Part shown: positions 25,133 to 34,751 of the stretch, in pieces
Layout of the letters: every line of letters starts with the position of its first letter
Position numbering within the stretch: the stretch's first letter is position 1
Source of the DNA: an uncultured Chloroflexia bacterium
Lineage (GTDB): Bacteria; Chloroflexota; Limnocylindria; Limnocylindrales; CSP1-4
Assembly (NCBI GenBank): GCA_963766675.1
Contig: CAVYBA010000002.1
Coordinates: forward strand, 1,274,806-1,338,805
Direction: 5' to 3'
Length of the DNA: 64,000 nt
The notes under the pieces: model-generated
The model's database searches: none
Told to the model about the DNA's origin: nothing
Seen by the model: only the letters and a program-made list of their open reading frames with translations
Position numbers and translations under genes: made by a program

Positions 25133-26050
25133 TTAGGTCGCCTGGCCAGGGTCTCCGTACCCGGCCCCGAATGCGGTCAGCTCGGCCAGCAGCGCCGCGA
25201 CGGCCGGATGCGTCCGCCGCTCGGAGCGGATCGCGGCCAGGACGCTGCGGACGAGCGGTGGTCGGAGCGGCGCCACGCGGGCGCGGATCAACCGGTCGTA
25301 CAGCGCGAGGCCGGGCAGGACGCTGACCCCCAGCCCGGCACCGACGAGCGCCAGGATCACCGAGTAGTCCTTGCAGTGGGACCGGATCTGGGGGTCGAAG
25401 CCGGCTCGCCGGCAGGCGCGCCAGGTCACCTGGAAGATCGTGCTTGCTTCGGTGTCCATGATCCACGGGAAGTCGCGGAGGTCGGCCAGCGCGAAGCCGG
25501 CCGCCGGCACCTCGACCTCCGGCGAGATCGCGACGTACAACGGATCACGCAGGATCTCGATGGTCTCGATCCCCGGCGCCCGTACCCGGCTGGCCTCGTC
25601 GTACTCGTCGACCACGGCCAGGTCGATCTCGTCCATCTGGAGCGCCAGCAGGCTCTCGTTCGACTCGAGGTCGCGGAGCAGCAGCCGCAGCTTCGGATGG
25701 CTGCGCCCGAGCCCGGCGAAGACCTTGGGCATGATCGCCCGGGCTGCCGTCGGGAAGGCGGCCACGCTGAGCGTGCCCACGACCTCGCTGCGGGTCGCCG
25801 CCAGGTCGGCCTCGGCGGCGGCGATCGCCGCGGTGATCGTGTCGGCGTGGCGGACCAGCATCTGGCCCGCCTCCGTCAACCTGACCATGCGGCCGTACGG
25901 CTCGAGCAGCTTGGCACCCGATTCCTGCTCGAGGATCCGGAGCTGCTGCGAAACCGCCGAGGGCGTGATCGACATCGCCTGGGCGGCGGCCTTGAGCGTG
26001 CCGCGCCGGGCGACCTCGCGAAGCAACTGGAGACGCCAGATGCCGAGCAC
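25133..26050 (-). CDS. LysR-family transcriptional regulator
   Basis: HTH LQLLREVARRGTLKAAAQAMSITPSAVSQQLRILE. 305 aa. Its start lies 1 nt after the stop of the upstream transketolase-like gene. Confidence 0.9.
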   Translation of the reverse strand: MLGIWRLQLLREVARRGTLKAAAQAMSITPSAVSQQLRILEQESGAKLLEPYGRMVRLTEAGQMLVRHADTITAAIAAAEADLAATRSEVVGTLSVAAFPTAARAIMPKVFAGLGRSHPKLRLLLRDLESNESLLALQMDEIDLAVVDEYDEASRVRAPGIETIEILRDPLYVAISPEVEVPAAGFALADLRDFPWIMDTEASTIFQVTWRACRRAGFDPQIRSHCKDYSVILALVGAGLGVSVLPGLALYDRLIRARVAPLRPPLVRSVLAAIRSERRTHPAVAALLAELTAFGAGYGDPGQAT

Positions 26051-26051
26051 G

Positions 26052-28448
26052 TCAGGACTCGCCGGCCGTCCCGGACGAGATGGCGTCGGCGATCGCCCGA
26101 AGGGACGACCGTCGAACGCCGCGTTCGGTCGCGAAACGATCGATTGCGGCCAGGATGTGCGCCGCCGAGAGGTGCGCCTCGTCGGCGACCTCGTCGACCG
26201 AGCCCCCGGTCCGCCAGCGGTCGTCCCAGTCGGCCGACAGCGAGTACTCGCGGGCGGCCGGTCCGGCGACCCAGTCGGCCATCAACTTGAAGGCGCCGTT
26301 GGTGATCGCCATGGCGTCCCAGCGGTCGGCGGCCGAGGCCGTGGCCTCGCGATACGCGGGATCCTGGCGGGCGAACAGCTGCGGGCTCAGCGCGGCCACG
26401 ATCTTGACGTTGAGCCCGCGGGCGTCGAGCTCGGGCAGGACCGACACCAGGTTGGCGGTCGTCACCGTGCCGCGCACGAAGACCGTGCCCATCCTGGGCA
26501 GGCCCGGCCGGTAGTCGCGCAGGACGTACGCCCCGCGGGCCGCCGCGAAGTGCGATGGCATCCCGAGCGCTTCGCGGTCCGGGATCTGGACGGGCGGCCG
26601 GGTCAGGTGGAGGGCCACGATCGGGACATCGGTCGCGAACGCGGCGGCCAGCATGACCGGGACCTCGTTGTGCTCCCAGGGATGCAGGTCGACGACGGCG
26701 CCGCTCGGGAACAGCTGGGTCACACCGGTCTCGAAGATGCCGAAGTGCGTTCGCGAATCCTCGGCGGTCTCGGGGCCCGAGTGGCCGGCCACCCAGAGCA
26801 GGCGCCCGAGCCGGAGCTCGGTGTCCTGGGAGAGTTGCGAGAACAGGCGCATCGGCCCGTACTTGAGGTAGCTGAACGAGGCGTACGTCGAGCAGGCGCC
26901 CCAGAACCCGTCGTAGTCCCGGAACGGGTCCTCGGCGAAGTTGACCGACGTCATCCCGGCGACGATCCCGGCATTGGCGAATTCGGTGATCTCCTGCGGC
27001 AGGACCGCACCGGTCGGATTGGCGTCGCGCTCGTACCAGCCGAACCCCGGCTGGTCGCCGAAGTCCTTGCCGAAGCCGGCGATGTTGGTCGATTCGGCCA
27101 GGTCGGCCGAGGCGACGACGAACAGCGGCCGCCCGTACGCCTGCCGGGCCAGCGCGTTGACCCAGGAGCCCCAGGTTCCCAGGGCTGCCCGGTTCGGGGC
27201 GCGCTCGCCGGGCGCCTTGAACAGCGCCGCCGGATACGACCCGGCGTCGGTGATCCGTGGATCGGCGAAGACCCCGGCACTCTCCGGGCGCCCGAGGCGG
27301 ACGCCCGGGATCTCGTCGGGAACGGTGGCGGCGATGGCCAGCAGCCGGTCGGACAGCCAGGTCACGAGCGCCGGATCGCGGCGCAGGACCGAGATGGCGG
27401 TCCGCAGGTTCGCCTCGGCCTGGGCCGCCCGCATGGCCGGATCCGTCGGGGCGGGCTGATCGACGCCGTCATAGGTCACGCCGTAGCGATCCATGAACGC
27501 CCGCCGGTTGGCCCAGAAGGCCGCGCTGTTGAGCGGGTGCGGCGTACCGTGGGAGGCCGCGTCCACCTTGCCGTAGCCACGACCCTTCTGCGTCCTGAAC
27601 CAGGCCGCGGAGGGCCGATGGTCGGGGTTCTCGCCGTGGACGACGTCGAGGACGGTCTGGGTGACCGGGCCCCACGACATCCCGTCGGACGTGCCGACGA
27701 TGCGCCAGCCATGGGGCACGACCCAGTCCTCGGGCGTGCCGTAGACGACGCTCGAGGCCGCCCGCTCGTCAATACCGAAATCGTTCCAGTCGATCAGCAG
27801 GACGAGGTTCGACAGCCCCAGGCCATAAGCCGAATTGAGCGTCTCGTGCGTGGCCCCGGGCGTGAGCCCGCCCTCGCCCTCGACGGCGAAGACCTTGACC
27901 TCGCCCGCTCCGGCCAGCTTGAGCGCGAGCGCCTGACCGGCGGCGAACGGCAGGCCATGACCGGACGGGCCGGTGTTGGCCTTGAAGAACAGCGTCTTGC
28001 CGGCCATCTCGGCGTGCCCCGGCAGCCCGCCACGATGGCGGAACGTCCGGAGATCCTCCCAGGTCAGCGCCCAGTGCCCGTCGTCGGGGAAGGCGAACCG
28101 GGGATCGCCGTCGGCCTCGTGGCGGGCGCGGAGACTTTCGTTGAGGACCGCCAGCGTGGCGTACACGAGCGGCACGGTGTGCCCCGCCGACAGCACGAAC
28201 CGGTCGGCGAAGCGCCGCCACGGCCGCCGGATGTCCCAGCGCATGGCGCCCGACAGGAGCGTCGCGAGCAGCAGGTGGCCCTTCGAGCGCGACCCGCCGG
28301 GATGTCCGGACTGGCGGTCGTTGAGGGTCAGGTCGATGCACTCGTCGACGACGTCGAGGAGCACCTGGTACTGGTCGAAGTCGGCCGAGGCGGCGGCCAG
28401 GAGATCGGCCGGCCCTGCGCCGGCGACGGGTTCGAGCGTGGCTTTCAT
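26052..28448 (-). CDS. atypical long transketolase-family ThDP enzyme (about 798 aa)
   Basis: GHPGGS, AVEGEGGLTPGATHE (GEG instead of canonical GDG), IDWNDFGID, and a pyrimidine-binding/C-terminal TK-like region. Start at ATG 28448 behind AGGAAG. The longer ORF to 28736 overlaps the aminotransferase gene and is rejected. Confidence 0.75.
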   Translation of the reverse strand: MKATLEPVAGAGPADLLAAASADFDQYQVLLDVVDECIDLTLNDRQSGHPGGSRSKGHLLLATLLSGAMRWDIRRPWRRFADRFVLSAGHTVPLVYATLAVLNESLRARHEADGDPRFAFPDDGHWALTWEDLRTFRHRGGLPGHAEMAGKTLFFKANTGPSGHGLPFAAGQALALKLAGAGEVKVFAVEGEGGLTPGATHETLNSAYGLGLSNLVLLIDWNDFGIDERAASSVVYGTPEDWVVPHGWRIVGTSDGMSWGPVTQTVLDVVHGENPDHRPSAAWFRTQKGRGYGKVDAASHGTPHPLNSAAFWANRRAFMDRYGVTYDGVDQPAPTDPAMRAAQAEANLRTAISVLRRDPALVTWLSDRLLAIAATVPDEIPGVRLGRPESAGVFADPRITDAGSYPAALFKAPGERAPNRAALGTWGSWVNALARQAYGRPLFVVASADLAESTNIAGFGKDFGDQPGFGWYERDANPTGAVLPQEITEFANAGIVAGMTSVNFAEDPFRDYDGFWGACSTYASFSYLKYGPMRLFSQLSQDTELRLGRLLWVAGHSGPETAEDSRTHFGIFETGVTQLFPSGAVVDLHPWEHNEVPVMLAAAFATDVPIVALHLTRPPVQIPDREALGMPSHFAAARGAYVLRDYRPGLPRMGTVFVRGTVTTANLVSVLPELDARGLNVKIVAALSPQLFARQDPAYREATASAADRWDAMAITNGAFKLMADWVAGPAAREYSLSADWDDRWRTGGSVDEVADEAHLSAAHILAAIDRFATERGVRRSSLRAIADAISSGTAGES

Positions 28449-28467
28449 GGTCTTCCTGACGTGTCGT

Positions 28468-29643
28468 TCAGCGGCCGGCGGAGACGGGTTCGAGGACGGT
28501 CCGCATCTTGTCGATCGCACGGCTGATCTGGGCTCGGCTGTTCGCATACGACAGCCGGATGTGGTGGGCCCCGACCTCGCCGAAAGCGGTCCCCGACAGG
28601 ACGGAGACACCCGCCTCGTGGAGCAGGAGGTGGGCCAGCTCGTCGCCGGTCCGGCCCGTACCCGAGACGTCGGGGAAGACGTAGAAGGCACCCTTGGGTC
28701 GCAGGCAGCTGACGCCGGGCAGCGAGTTGAGGCCATCCACGATCAGGTCTCGCCGGGCGTGGAACTCGGCGACCATCGCCTCGACGGCGTCCTGCGGGCC
28801 GCGCAGCGCCTCAACGGCGCCCACCTGGGCGAACGTCGTCGCGGAGCTGACCGAGTTGATGATCAGGCGCCCGAACGCGAACGCGAGCGACTCGGGAACG
28901 ATCGCGTAGCCGAGCCGCCAGCCGGTCATGGCATACGTCTTGGAGAACCCGTCGAGGACGATGGTACGCTCGGCCATGCCGGGCAGCGTCGCGATCGAGA
29001 CGTGCTCGCCCTCGTACAGGATCCGGCTGTAGATCTCGTCGGACAGGACGACCAGGTCGCGCTCGATGGCGACCGCGGCGATCCGCTCGAGGTCCTCACG
29101 GGTCAGGACGCCGCCGGTCGGATTGGCCGGTGAGTTGAGGACGATGAGCCTGGTCCGTGGGGTCACCAGCGAGATCAGCTCGTCGATGTCGAGCCGGAAG
29201 TCGTTCTCCTGGCGGATCGAGATCGAGACGACCGTCCCGCCGACGAACCGGGTGACGCTGGCATAGATCGGGTAGCCGGGATCGGGGACGATGACCTCGT
29301 CACCGGGCTCGACCAGCGCGATGATCGCGTAGTACATGACCCCCTTGCCGCCGACGGTCACGAAGACGTGATCGGCCGGCACGTCGAGGCCGCGGCGGGT
29401 CGAGAAGTCCTCGGCGATGGCGGCACGCAGGTCCGGGATCCCGGCGAACGGCGCGTAATGCGTCGCCCCGCCGTCGAGGGCGCGCTTGGCGGCCTCGCGG
29501 ACGTTGGCCGGCGTGTCGAAGTCGGGCTCGCCGATCTCGAGGTGGATCACCTCGCGCCCCGTCGCCTCGAGTGCGCGGGCGCGGGCGGCCGCCTCGAAGG
29601 CCGTTTCCGTTCCGATGAGTTCCATGCGTGACGCGAGCCGCAT
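28468..29643 (-). CDS. class I/II PLP-dependent aminotransferase (aspartate-aminotransferase-like)
   Basis: 391 aa. Motifs NSPANPTG and FSKTYAMTGWRLGY (PLP lysine), with SYANS near the C-terminus. Confidence 0.85.
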   Translation of the reverse strand: MRLASRMELIGTETAFEAAARARALEATGREVIHLEIGEPDFDTPANVREAAKRALDGGATHYAPFAGIPDLRAAIAEDFSTRRGLDVPADHVFVTVGGKGVMYYAIIALVEPGDEVIVPDPGYPIYASVTRFVGGTVVSISIRQENDFRLDIDELISLVTPRTRLIVLNSPANPTGGVLTREDLERIAAVAIERDLVVLSDEIYSRILYEGEHVSIATLPGMAERTIVLDGFSKTYAMTGWRLGYAIVPESLAFAFGRLIINSVSSATTFAQVGAVEALRGPQDAVEAMVAEFHARRDLIVDGLNSLPGVSCLRPKGAFYVFPDVSGTGRTGDELAHLLLHEAGVSVLSGTAFGEVGAHHIRLSYANSRAQISRAIDKMRTVLEPVSAGR

Positions 29644-29780
29644 CGAGATGCTCCTCTTCTTCCAGATGACACCGGACCCGAGCGCGACCAGCAGCTGGCG
29701 CCCCTCGGGGACGGTGCCTCATCCTGATCAATTACGTCAAACGATTTGTTCTACCAAGAGTCATCAGTCCATCTAATCAG

Positions 29781-31370
29781 TCAAGCGACGGAGGCCGCAG
29801 CCCGACCCGGTTGATCGACTGACGGGTCCCCGGCCGGCGTCACGCCGGCCATCAACAGCCCGAGGATCTCGGGCGTCGCGGTCCCGCGGGTCGCCGTCCC
29901 CACGATCCGTCCCTCGTAAATGACCGCGATGAGGTCGGACAGCTCCTGGATCTCGTCGAGGTCCTCGGAGATCAGGAGGATTGCCGTCCCCGCGTCGCGC
30001 TGTTCGAGCAGGCGCTCGTGGATGTACTCGGTCGCCCCGATGTCAACGCCGCGGGTTGGCTGGGCCGCGACCAGGACCCTCGGCCGGCGGGACAGCTCAC
30101 GGGCCAGAATCAGCTTCTGGATGTTGCCGCCCGACAGGTTCTTGAGTGGCGTGTCGAGCGACGGCGTCTTGATCGAGAACCGCGTGACGAGGTCGCGGGC
30201 GTGCCTCCGCATCGCCCCGAAGTCGAGGAAGATCCCGTGCGTGAAACGCGGATCGGCGTGCTCGTGGAGGAAGACGTTCTCCTGGACGCTGAACTCGCGG
30301 ATCGCCCCGTCTCGCATCCGTTCCTCGGGGACGTAGGCAAGGCCCGCCCCGATCCGCTCGTCGAGCGACGAGCGCGTCATGTCATGCCCCTCGATCTCGA
30401 TCCGGCCAGCGGTCACGGCCCGCAGGCCGGCCAGGCACTGGGCGAGCTCGCGCTGGCCGTTGCCCGAGACACCGGCCAGCCCGACGATCTGGCCCCCGAA
30501 CACGTCGAGGCTGACCCCGCGGAGCGCCTCCGTCCCGCGGTCGCCCATCGCGTGGAGGTCGTCGATGCGCAGCCGGACGGGGTGGCTGGCCATCGGTTGC
30601 GGCGCTAGGCCCCTGACCTCGCGGCCGACCATCATCTGGGCCAGCTCTTCCTTCGTGGCGCCGGCCGTCGGGCGCGTCCCGGCCATCCGGCCGTCGCGTA
30701 GCGCGGTGACCCGGTCGCTGATCGCCATGACCTCGTGGAGCTTGTGCGAGATGAAGGTCAGGGCATGGCCCTCGCCGGCCATCCGCCGGAGCGTGACGAA
30801 CAGGTCGTCTACCTCCTGGGGGGTCAGCACGGCGGTCGGCTCGTCCAGGATGATCACGCTCGCCCCGCGGTAGAGCGCCTTGATGATCTCGACGCGCTGC
30901 TGCTCGCCCACTGCGAGCTGCCAGACATAGGCGGTCGGGTCGACCTTGAGCCCGTAGGTCAGGGACAGCTCGCTGATCCGCTTGGCGACCACGTCGAGAT
31001 CGAGGCGGAACCGGCGCGACGACGGCAGCCCGAGCGCGACGTTCTCGGCGACGGTCAGCGTTGGGACGAGCATGAAATGCTGGTGGATCATCCCGATCCC
31101 GGCCGCGATCGCGTCCGATGGGGAATGGAACGTGACGGGCGCGCCGTCGATCAGGATCTCGCCTTCGTCGGGCCGGTAGAGGCCGTAGAGCTGGCGCACC
31201 AGCGTGCTCTTGCCGGCGCCGTTCTCGCCCAGCAGGGCGTGGACTTCGCCGGCGTTCACGTCGAAGTTGACGTGGTCGTTGGCGAGCACGCCCGGGAAAC
31301 GCTTGACGATGTTGCGCATCTCGATGCGCTGGATGGCGTTCATGCGATCGGTGGTCCGTTGGCCCTTCAA
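29781..31370 (-). CDS. ABC transporter ATP-binding protein, double NBD (nucleoside/BMP-type importer)
   Basis: Two Walker A sites (GENGAGKST, GVSGNGQ), signature LAVGEQQR / LSGGNIQK, Walker B IILDEPT. ATG 31343 is an alternative start. Confidence 0.85.
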   Translation of the reverse strand: MKGQRTTDRMNAIQRIEMRNIVKRFPGVLANDHVNFDVNAGEVHALLGENGAGKSTLVRQLYGLYRPDEGEILIDGAPVTFHSPSDAIAAGIGMIHQHFMLVPTLTVAENVALGLPSSRRFRLDLDVVAKRISELSLTYGLKVDPTAYVWQLAVGEQQRVEIIKALYRGASVIILDEPTAVLTPQEVDDLFVTLRRMAGEGHALTFISHKLHEVMAISDRVTALRDGRMAGTRPTAGATKEELAQMMVGREVRGLAPQPMASHPVRLRIDDLHAMGDRGTEALRGVSLDVFGGQIVGLAGVSGNGQRELAQCLAGLRAVTAGRIEIEGHDMTRSSLDERIGAGLAYVPEERMRDGAIREFSVQENVFLHEHADPRFTHGIFLDFGAMRRHARDLVTRFSIKTPSLDTPLKNLSGGNIQKLILARELSRRPRVLVAAQPTRGVDIGATEYIHERLLEQRDAGTAILLISEDLDEIQELSDLIAVIYEGRIVGTATRGTATPEILGLLMAGVTPAGDPSVDQPGRAAASVA

Positions 31371-31456
31371 CCGGCAATCGACGTTGACCTTCGAGGCCGG
31401 GACGGGAGCGAACCGCGTGGCGGTTCGCTCCCGAGCTCCGGATGTCGGGTGTCGCG

Positions 31457-32536
31457 TTACGGATTGACCTTGACCGCGCCGCTGGTGATATCAGCGATGG
31501 CCTTGTCGCCGGCCGCCTTGGCGTCTGCCGACAGGGTGTAGCCGGGGTTGTAGGCGATCTTGAGACCGCCGTTCTTGAGTTGGAGGGTGTACGTGTCGCC
31601 ACCGAGGTGGCCCGACTGGATCTTGGTGAACATGTCCTCGAGGACGACGGTCCAGTCGTAGACCTGCGAGGCGACCACGAGGTTCGGGGCGAGCGACGAC
31701 TGGTCGGCCTGGGTGCCGAACCAGAGCACGTTGCCGGCGTCCTTGGCGGCGCCGATGGAACCGACGACCGACTGCGAGGAGCCGGTCAGGACGTCCGCGC
31801 CGTTGGTGATGTGGGCCTTGGCGGCCTCGGTCATGGCGGCCACGTCGGAGAACGATCCGGTCCACGTCTTCGAAACGGTGATCGATGGATCGGTGGCGGC
31901 CACGCCCTGGATGAAGCCATCGATGTAGGTCTTCGCGTCGCCGACTTCGACGGGGCCCGTGACGCCGATCTTCTTGGACTTGGTGAGGAGGGCCGCGAGG
32001 ACGCCGTTCACGTAGCCACCCTCTTCAGCGGCCGCGGTGTACGCATAGACATTCGGCAGGCCGAACGTGTTGACGTCGGTGCCCCAGGCGAACGAGACGG
32101 TCGGGAAGTCCTTGGCGATGTCCTGGACGCCGGCGCCGTACTGCGAGCCGTGGGCGATGACCAGGTCGAAGCCCTGCGACGCGTAGTCGCGGATGGCTGC
32201 CTGGGCGTCGGGCACGTTGAACATGTTCTCGGTGTACTTGATGACGAAGTTGGCTTCGCCGCCGGCCTTCTGCTGCTCGGCGATGAGCGCCTGGTACATC
32301 GACTGGCTGAACGCCAGGTCGGTGGTGGCGCTCGGCATGATGACGGCGACGCGGAACGGCTTGGCCGCCGCAGACGGGGATGCGGCCGGGGCAACGGAGG
32401 CCGGGGCGACGGACGCTGCCTGGGTGGGGGTGGTCGACGGCTGGGACGTTGCCGGCGCCTGGGTCGCGGAGTTGCTGCACGCCACCACGATGAGTGACAG
32501 CGCAGCTGCCGCCATGAGCGATGTCCGGAGCTTCAT
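31457..32536 (-). CDS. BMP-family (PnrA/Med-like) ABC substrate-binding lipoprotein
   Basis: Lipobox LIVVACSNS, a Pro/Ala/Ser linker, then FRVAVIMPSATTDLAFSQSMY ... GFDLVIAHGSQY ... GYVNGVLAAL. The longer ORF to 33361 runs through the permease gene and is rejected. Confidence 0.85.
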   Translation of the reverse strand: MKLRTSLMAAAALSLIVVACSNSATQAPATSQPSTTPTQAASVAPASVAPAASPSAAAKPFRVAVIMPSATTDLAFSQSMYQALIAEQQKAGGEANFVIKYTENMFNVPDAQAAIRDYASQGFDLVIAHGSQYGAGVQDIAKDFPTVSFAWGTDVNTFGLPNVYAYTAAAEEGGYVNGVLAALLTKSKKIGVTGPVEVGDAKTYIDGFIQGVAATDPSITVSKTWTGSFSDVAAMTEAAKAHITNGADVLTGSSQSVVGSIGAAKDAGNVLWFGTQADQSSLAPNLVVASQVYDWTVVLEDMFTKIQSGHLGGDTYTLQLKNGGLKIAYNPGYTLSADAKAAGDKAIADITSGAVKVNP

Positions 32537-32622
32537 GTGTCCCTTCTTGCGAGCTTGACGCAGGGTGTCTGCGCGACGATCAGGTCCGTTGATGGCGATG
32601 GGAAACCTCCCGGACGGGGCCG

Positions 32623-33552
32623 TCAGGCCACGCCGCGTTCGAATGGCTTGTCGAGCGCCGCCGGTTGGCGGGCTCGATTGGCGGAGAAGGTCAGGGCGAC
32701 GATGGTCAAGACGTACGGCAACATGACCGCGAAGTCCGATGGGATCTGGACCCCGAGGACCTGCATCCGGAGCTGGATCGCCGTGACGGTGCTGAACAAC
32801 AGCGCTCCGAGGAGGATCCCGACCGGCCGCCAGCCACCGAAGTAGACGAGGGCGACGGCGATATAACCGGCCCCGGCGGTCAGGTTCTCCTGGAACAGGT
32901 TGACGAGGGTGATCGACAACGACGCACCGGCCAGGCCGGCGAGCATCGCCCCGAGGCAGACGCACAGGTAGCGAGTTAGGTCGACGTTGACGCCGAGGGT
33001 GTCGGCGGCGGCCGGGTTCTGCCCGACGGCCCGGACCTTGAGGCCCCACGGCGTGCGCTCGAGGACGTACCAGCTCACCGGGACCAGCGCGAAGGCGACG
33101 TACACCGGCAGGCTCTGGCTGAACAGGATGTCGCCGACGTACGGCAGCCCGCTCAGGACCGGAATGCGGATCGGCTGGAAGCCGTCGACCGTCTTGACCG
33201 TCCCGACCAGGGTCTTGAACAGCAGGCTCGACAGCCCCAGACCGAACAGCGACAGCCCGATTCCGCTGATGCCCTGCTCGGCCTTGAGCGTCACGCTGAT
33301 GACCGACATCAGCAGGCCCATCGCCAGCCCCGCGATCAGCGCCAGGAGGACGCCGACCCACAGGCTGCCGGTCATGAGCGTGCCGTAGAACGCGGCGAAC
33401 GCTCCCACGAGCATGATCCCGTCGACGCCGAGGTTGAGGACGCCGGAGCGCTGGGCGAACATCTCCCCGATCGACGCGTAGAGGTACGGGGTCGCCAGGC
33501 GGATGGACGCGGCGGCGATCGCCACGATGGTGGCCAGCACGGTCTCGTTCAT
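32623..33552 (-). CDS. ABC transporter permease (BMP/nucleoside system, second permease)
   Basis: 309 aa starting MNETVLATIVAIAAASIRLATPYLYASIGEMFAQRSGVLNLGVDG. ATGA overlap with the upstream permease (33549-33552). Confidence 0.85.
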   Translation of the reverse strand: MNETVLATIVAIAAASIRLATPYLYASIGEMFAQRSGVLNLGVDGIMLVGAFAAFYGTLMTGSLWVGVLLALIAGLAMGLLMSVISVTLKAEQGISGIGLSLFGLGLSSLLFKTLVGTVKTVDGFQPIRIPVLSGLPYVGDILFSQSLPVYVAFALVPVSWYVLERTPWGLKVRAVGQNPAAADTLGVNVDLTRYLCVCLGAMLAGLAGASLSITLVNLFQENLTAGAGYIAVALVYFGGWRPVGILLGALLFSTVTAIQLRMQVLGVQIPSDFAVMLPYVLTIVALTFSANRARQPAALDKPFERGVA

Positions 33553-34694
33553 GCCGGCGTCCCTTCGGCTCCGGCGGACGGCGGAACCGCCGCGATCATG
33601 TCGACCCGGCGGGCGGCGCGACGTCTTGCCCAGTACTGCGAACCGACGACGAACAGCACGATCAGCCCGAGGATCGCCTGGATCAGTGCGGATGGGACCT
33701 GGACCGCTCGCTGCATCTTGTCCGCGCCGACCAGCAGGCTGCCGAAGATGTACGACGCAGGGATCGTGCCGAGCGGGTGGAGGCCACCGAACAGGGCGGT
33801 CACGATCCCGCTGAAGCCATAGCCGCTGGTGATCCCGTCGAGCAACCGGTGCTGGACGCCGATGACCTCGATCGCCCCGGCCACGCCCGCCAGACCGCCG
33901 GCCAGCGTGAGTGCCAGGGCCTGGTAGACGGGCACCCGGATCCCCGCGTAACGGGATGCGTCGGGGTTGAGGCCGACGGCGCGGATCCGGTAGCCGATCG
34001 TGGTCCGCCACAGGAAGACATAGGTCACGATCGCCAGCGCGAGCGCCACGAAGATGCCGGCATGAAGCAGGGTCTGCGGCACCAGCCGCATCAGCCATGC
34101 CTGCTCGGGCAGCTTCTCGGACTGGGCGAGGTACTGGCCCGAGTTCACGCCGGCCGGATCGATGAGCGGTCCCCGGATCATGAAGTTCATGAACTGGAGG
34201 GCGATCGCGTTCATCATCACCGTGGTCAGGATCTCGTTGACCCCGAGCCTCGCCTTGAGGATGCCGGGGACGAACCCCCAGGCCGCCCCCGCCAGGAACC
34301 CGAGGGTGATCGTGCCCGGGATCAGGACCCAGCCCGGCAGCGTGCGGAATTCGAGGGCGAACCAGGTGGCGGCGATGGCGCCCAGGATGATCTGGCCCTC
34401 GGCGCCGATGTTGATGACGCTCGCCCGGAACGCGATGCAGATGCCCAGCCCGACGAGCAGCAGCGGGGTCGCCTTGACCAGCGACTGGGTGATCCCCGAG
34501 GTGCTGCCGAAGGCGCCGTCGATCAGGGCGCCGTAGGCCTGCACGGGATCCGCGTTCAGGAGCATGAGCATGACCGCGCCGATCAACAGCGCGAGGCCGA
34601 CCGCCAGCAGCGGCAGGGATGCGCCGAGCGCCATGCCGACGACATCGTGACCGCGCGACGCGCCGCCCCTGGCGGTGCCGCCACCGATCGCCAT
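33549..34694 (-). CDS. ABC transporter permease (BMP/nucleoside system, first permease)
   Basis: Polytopic. Motifs INIGAEGQIILGAIAA and GYGFSGIVTALFGG. An internal ATG about 20 codons in is an alternative start. Confidence 0.85.
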   Translation of the reverse strand: MAIGGGTARGGASRGHDVVGMALGASLPLLAVGLALLIGAVMLMLLNADPVQAYGALIDGAFGSTSGITQSLVKATPLLLVGLGICIAFRASVINIGAEGQIILGAIAATWFALEFRTLPGWVLIPGTITLGFLAGAAWGFVPGILKARLGVNEILTTVMMNAIALQFMNFMIRGPLIDPAGVNSGQYLAQSEKLPEQAWLMRLVPQTLLHAGIFVALALAIVTYVFLWRTTIGYRIRAVGLNPDASRYAGIRVPVYQALALTLAGGLAGVAGAIEVIGVQHRLLDGITSGYGFSGIVTALFGGLHPLGTIPASYIFGSLLVGADKMQRAVQVPSALIQAILGLIVLFVVGSQYWARRRAARRVDMIAAVPPSAGAEGTPA

Positions 34695-34751
34695 GGCGCT
34701 ACCCGTTCACCGGCTGGGACACGACCGCACGCGCGCCATCCGCCGACGAGA

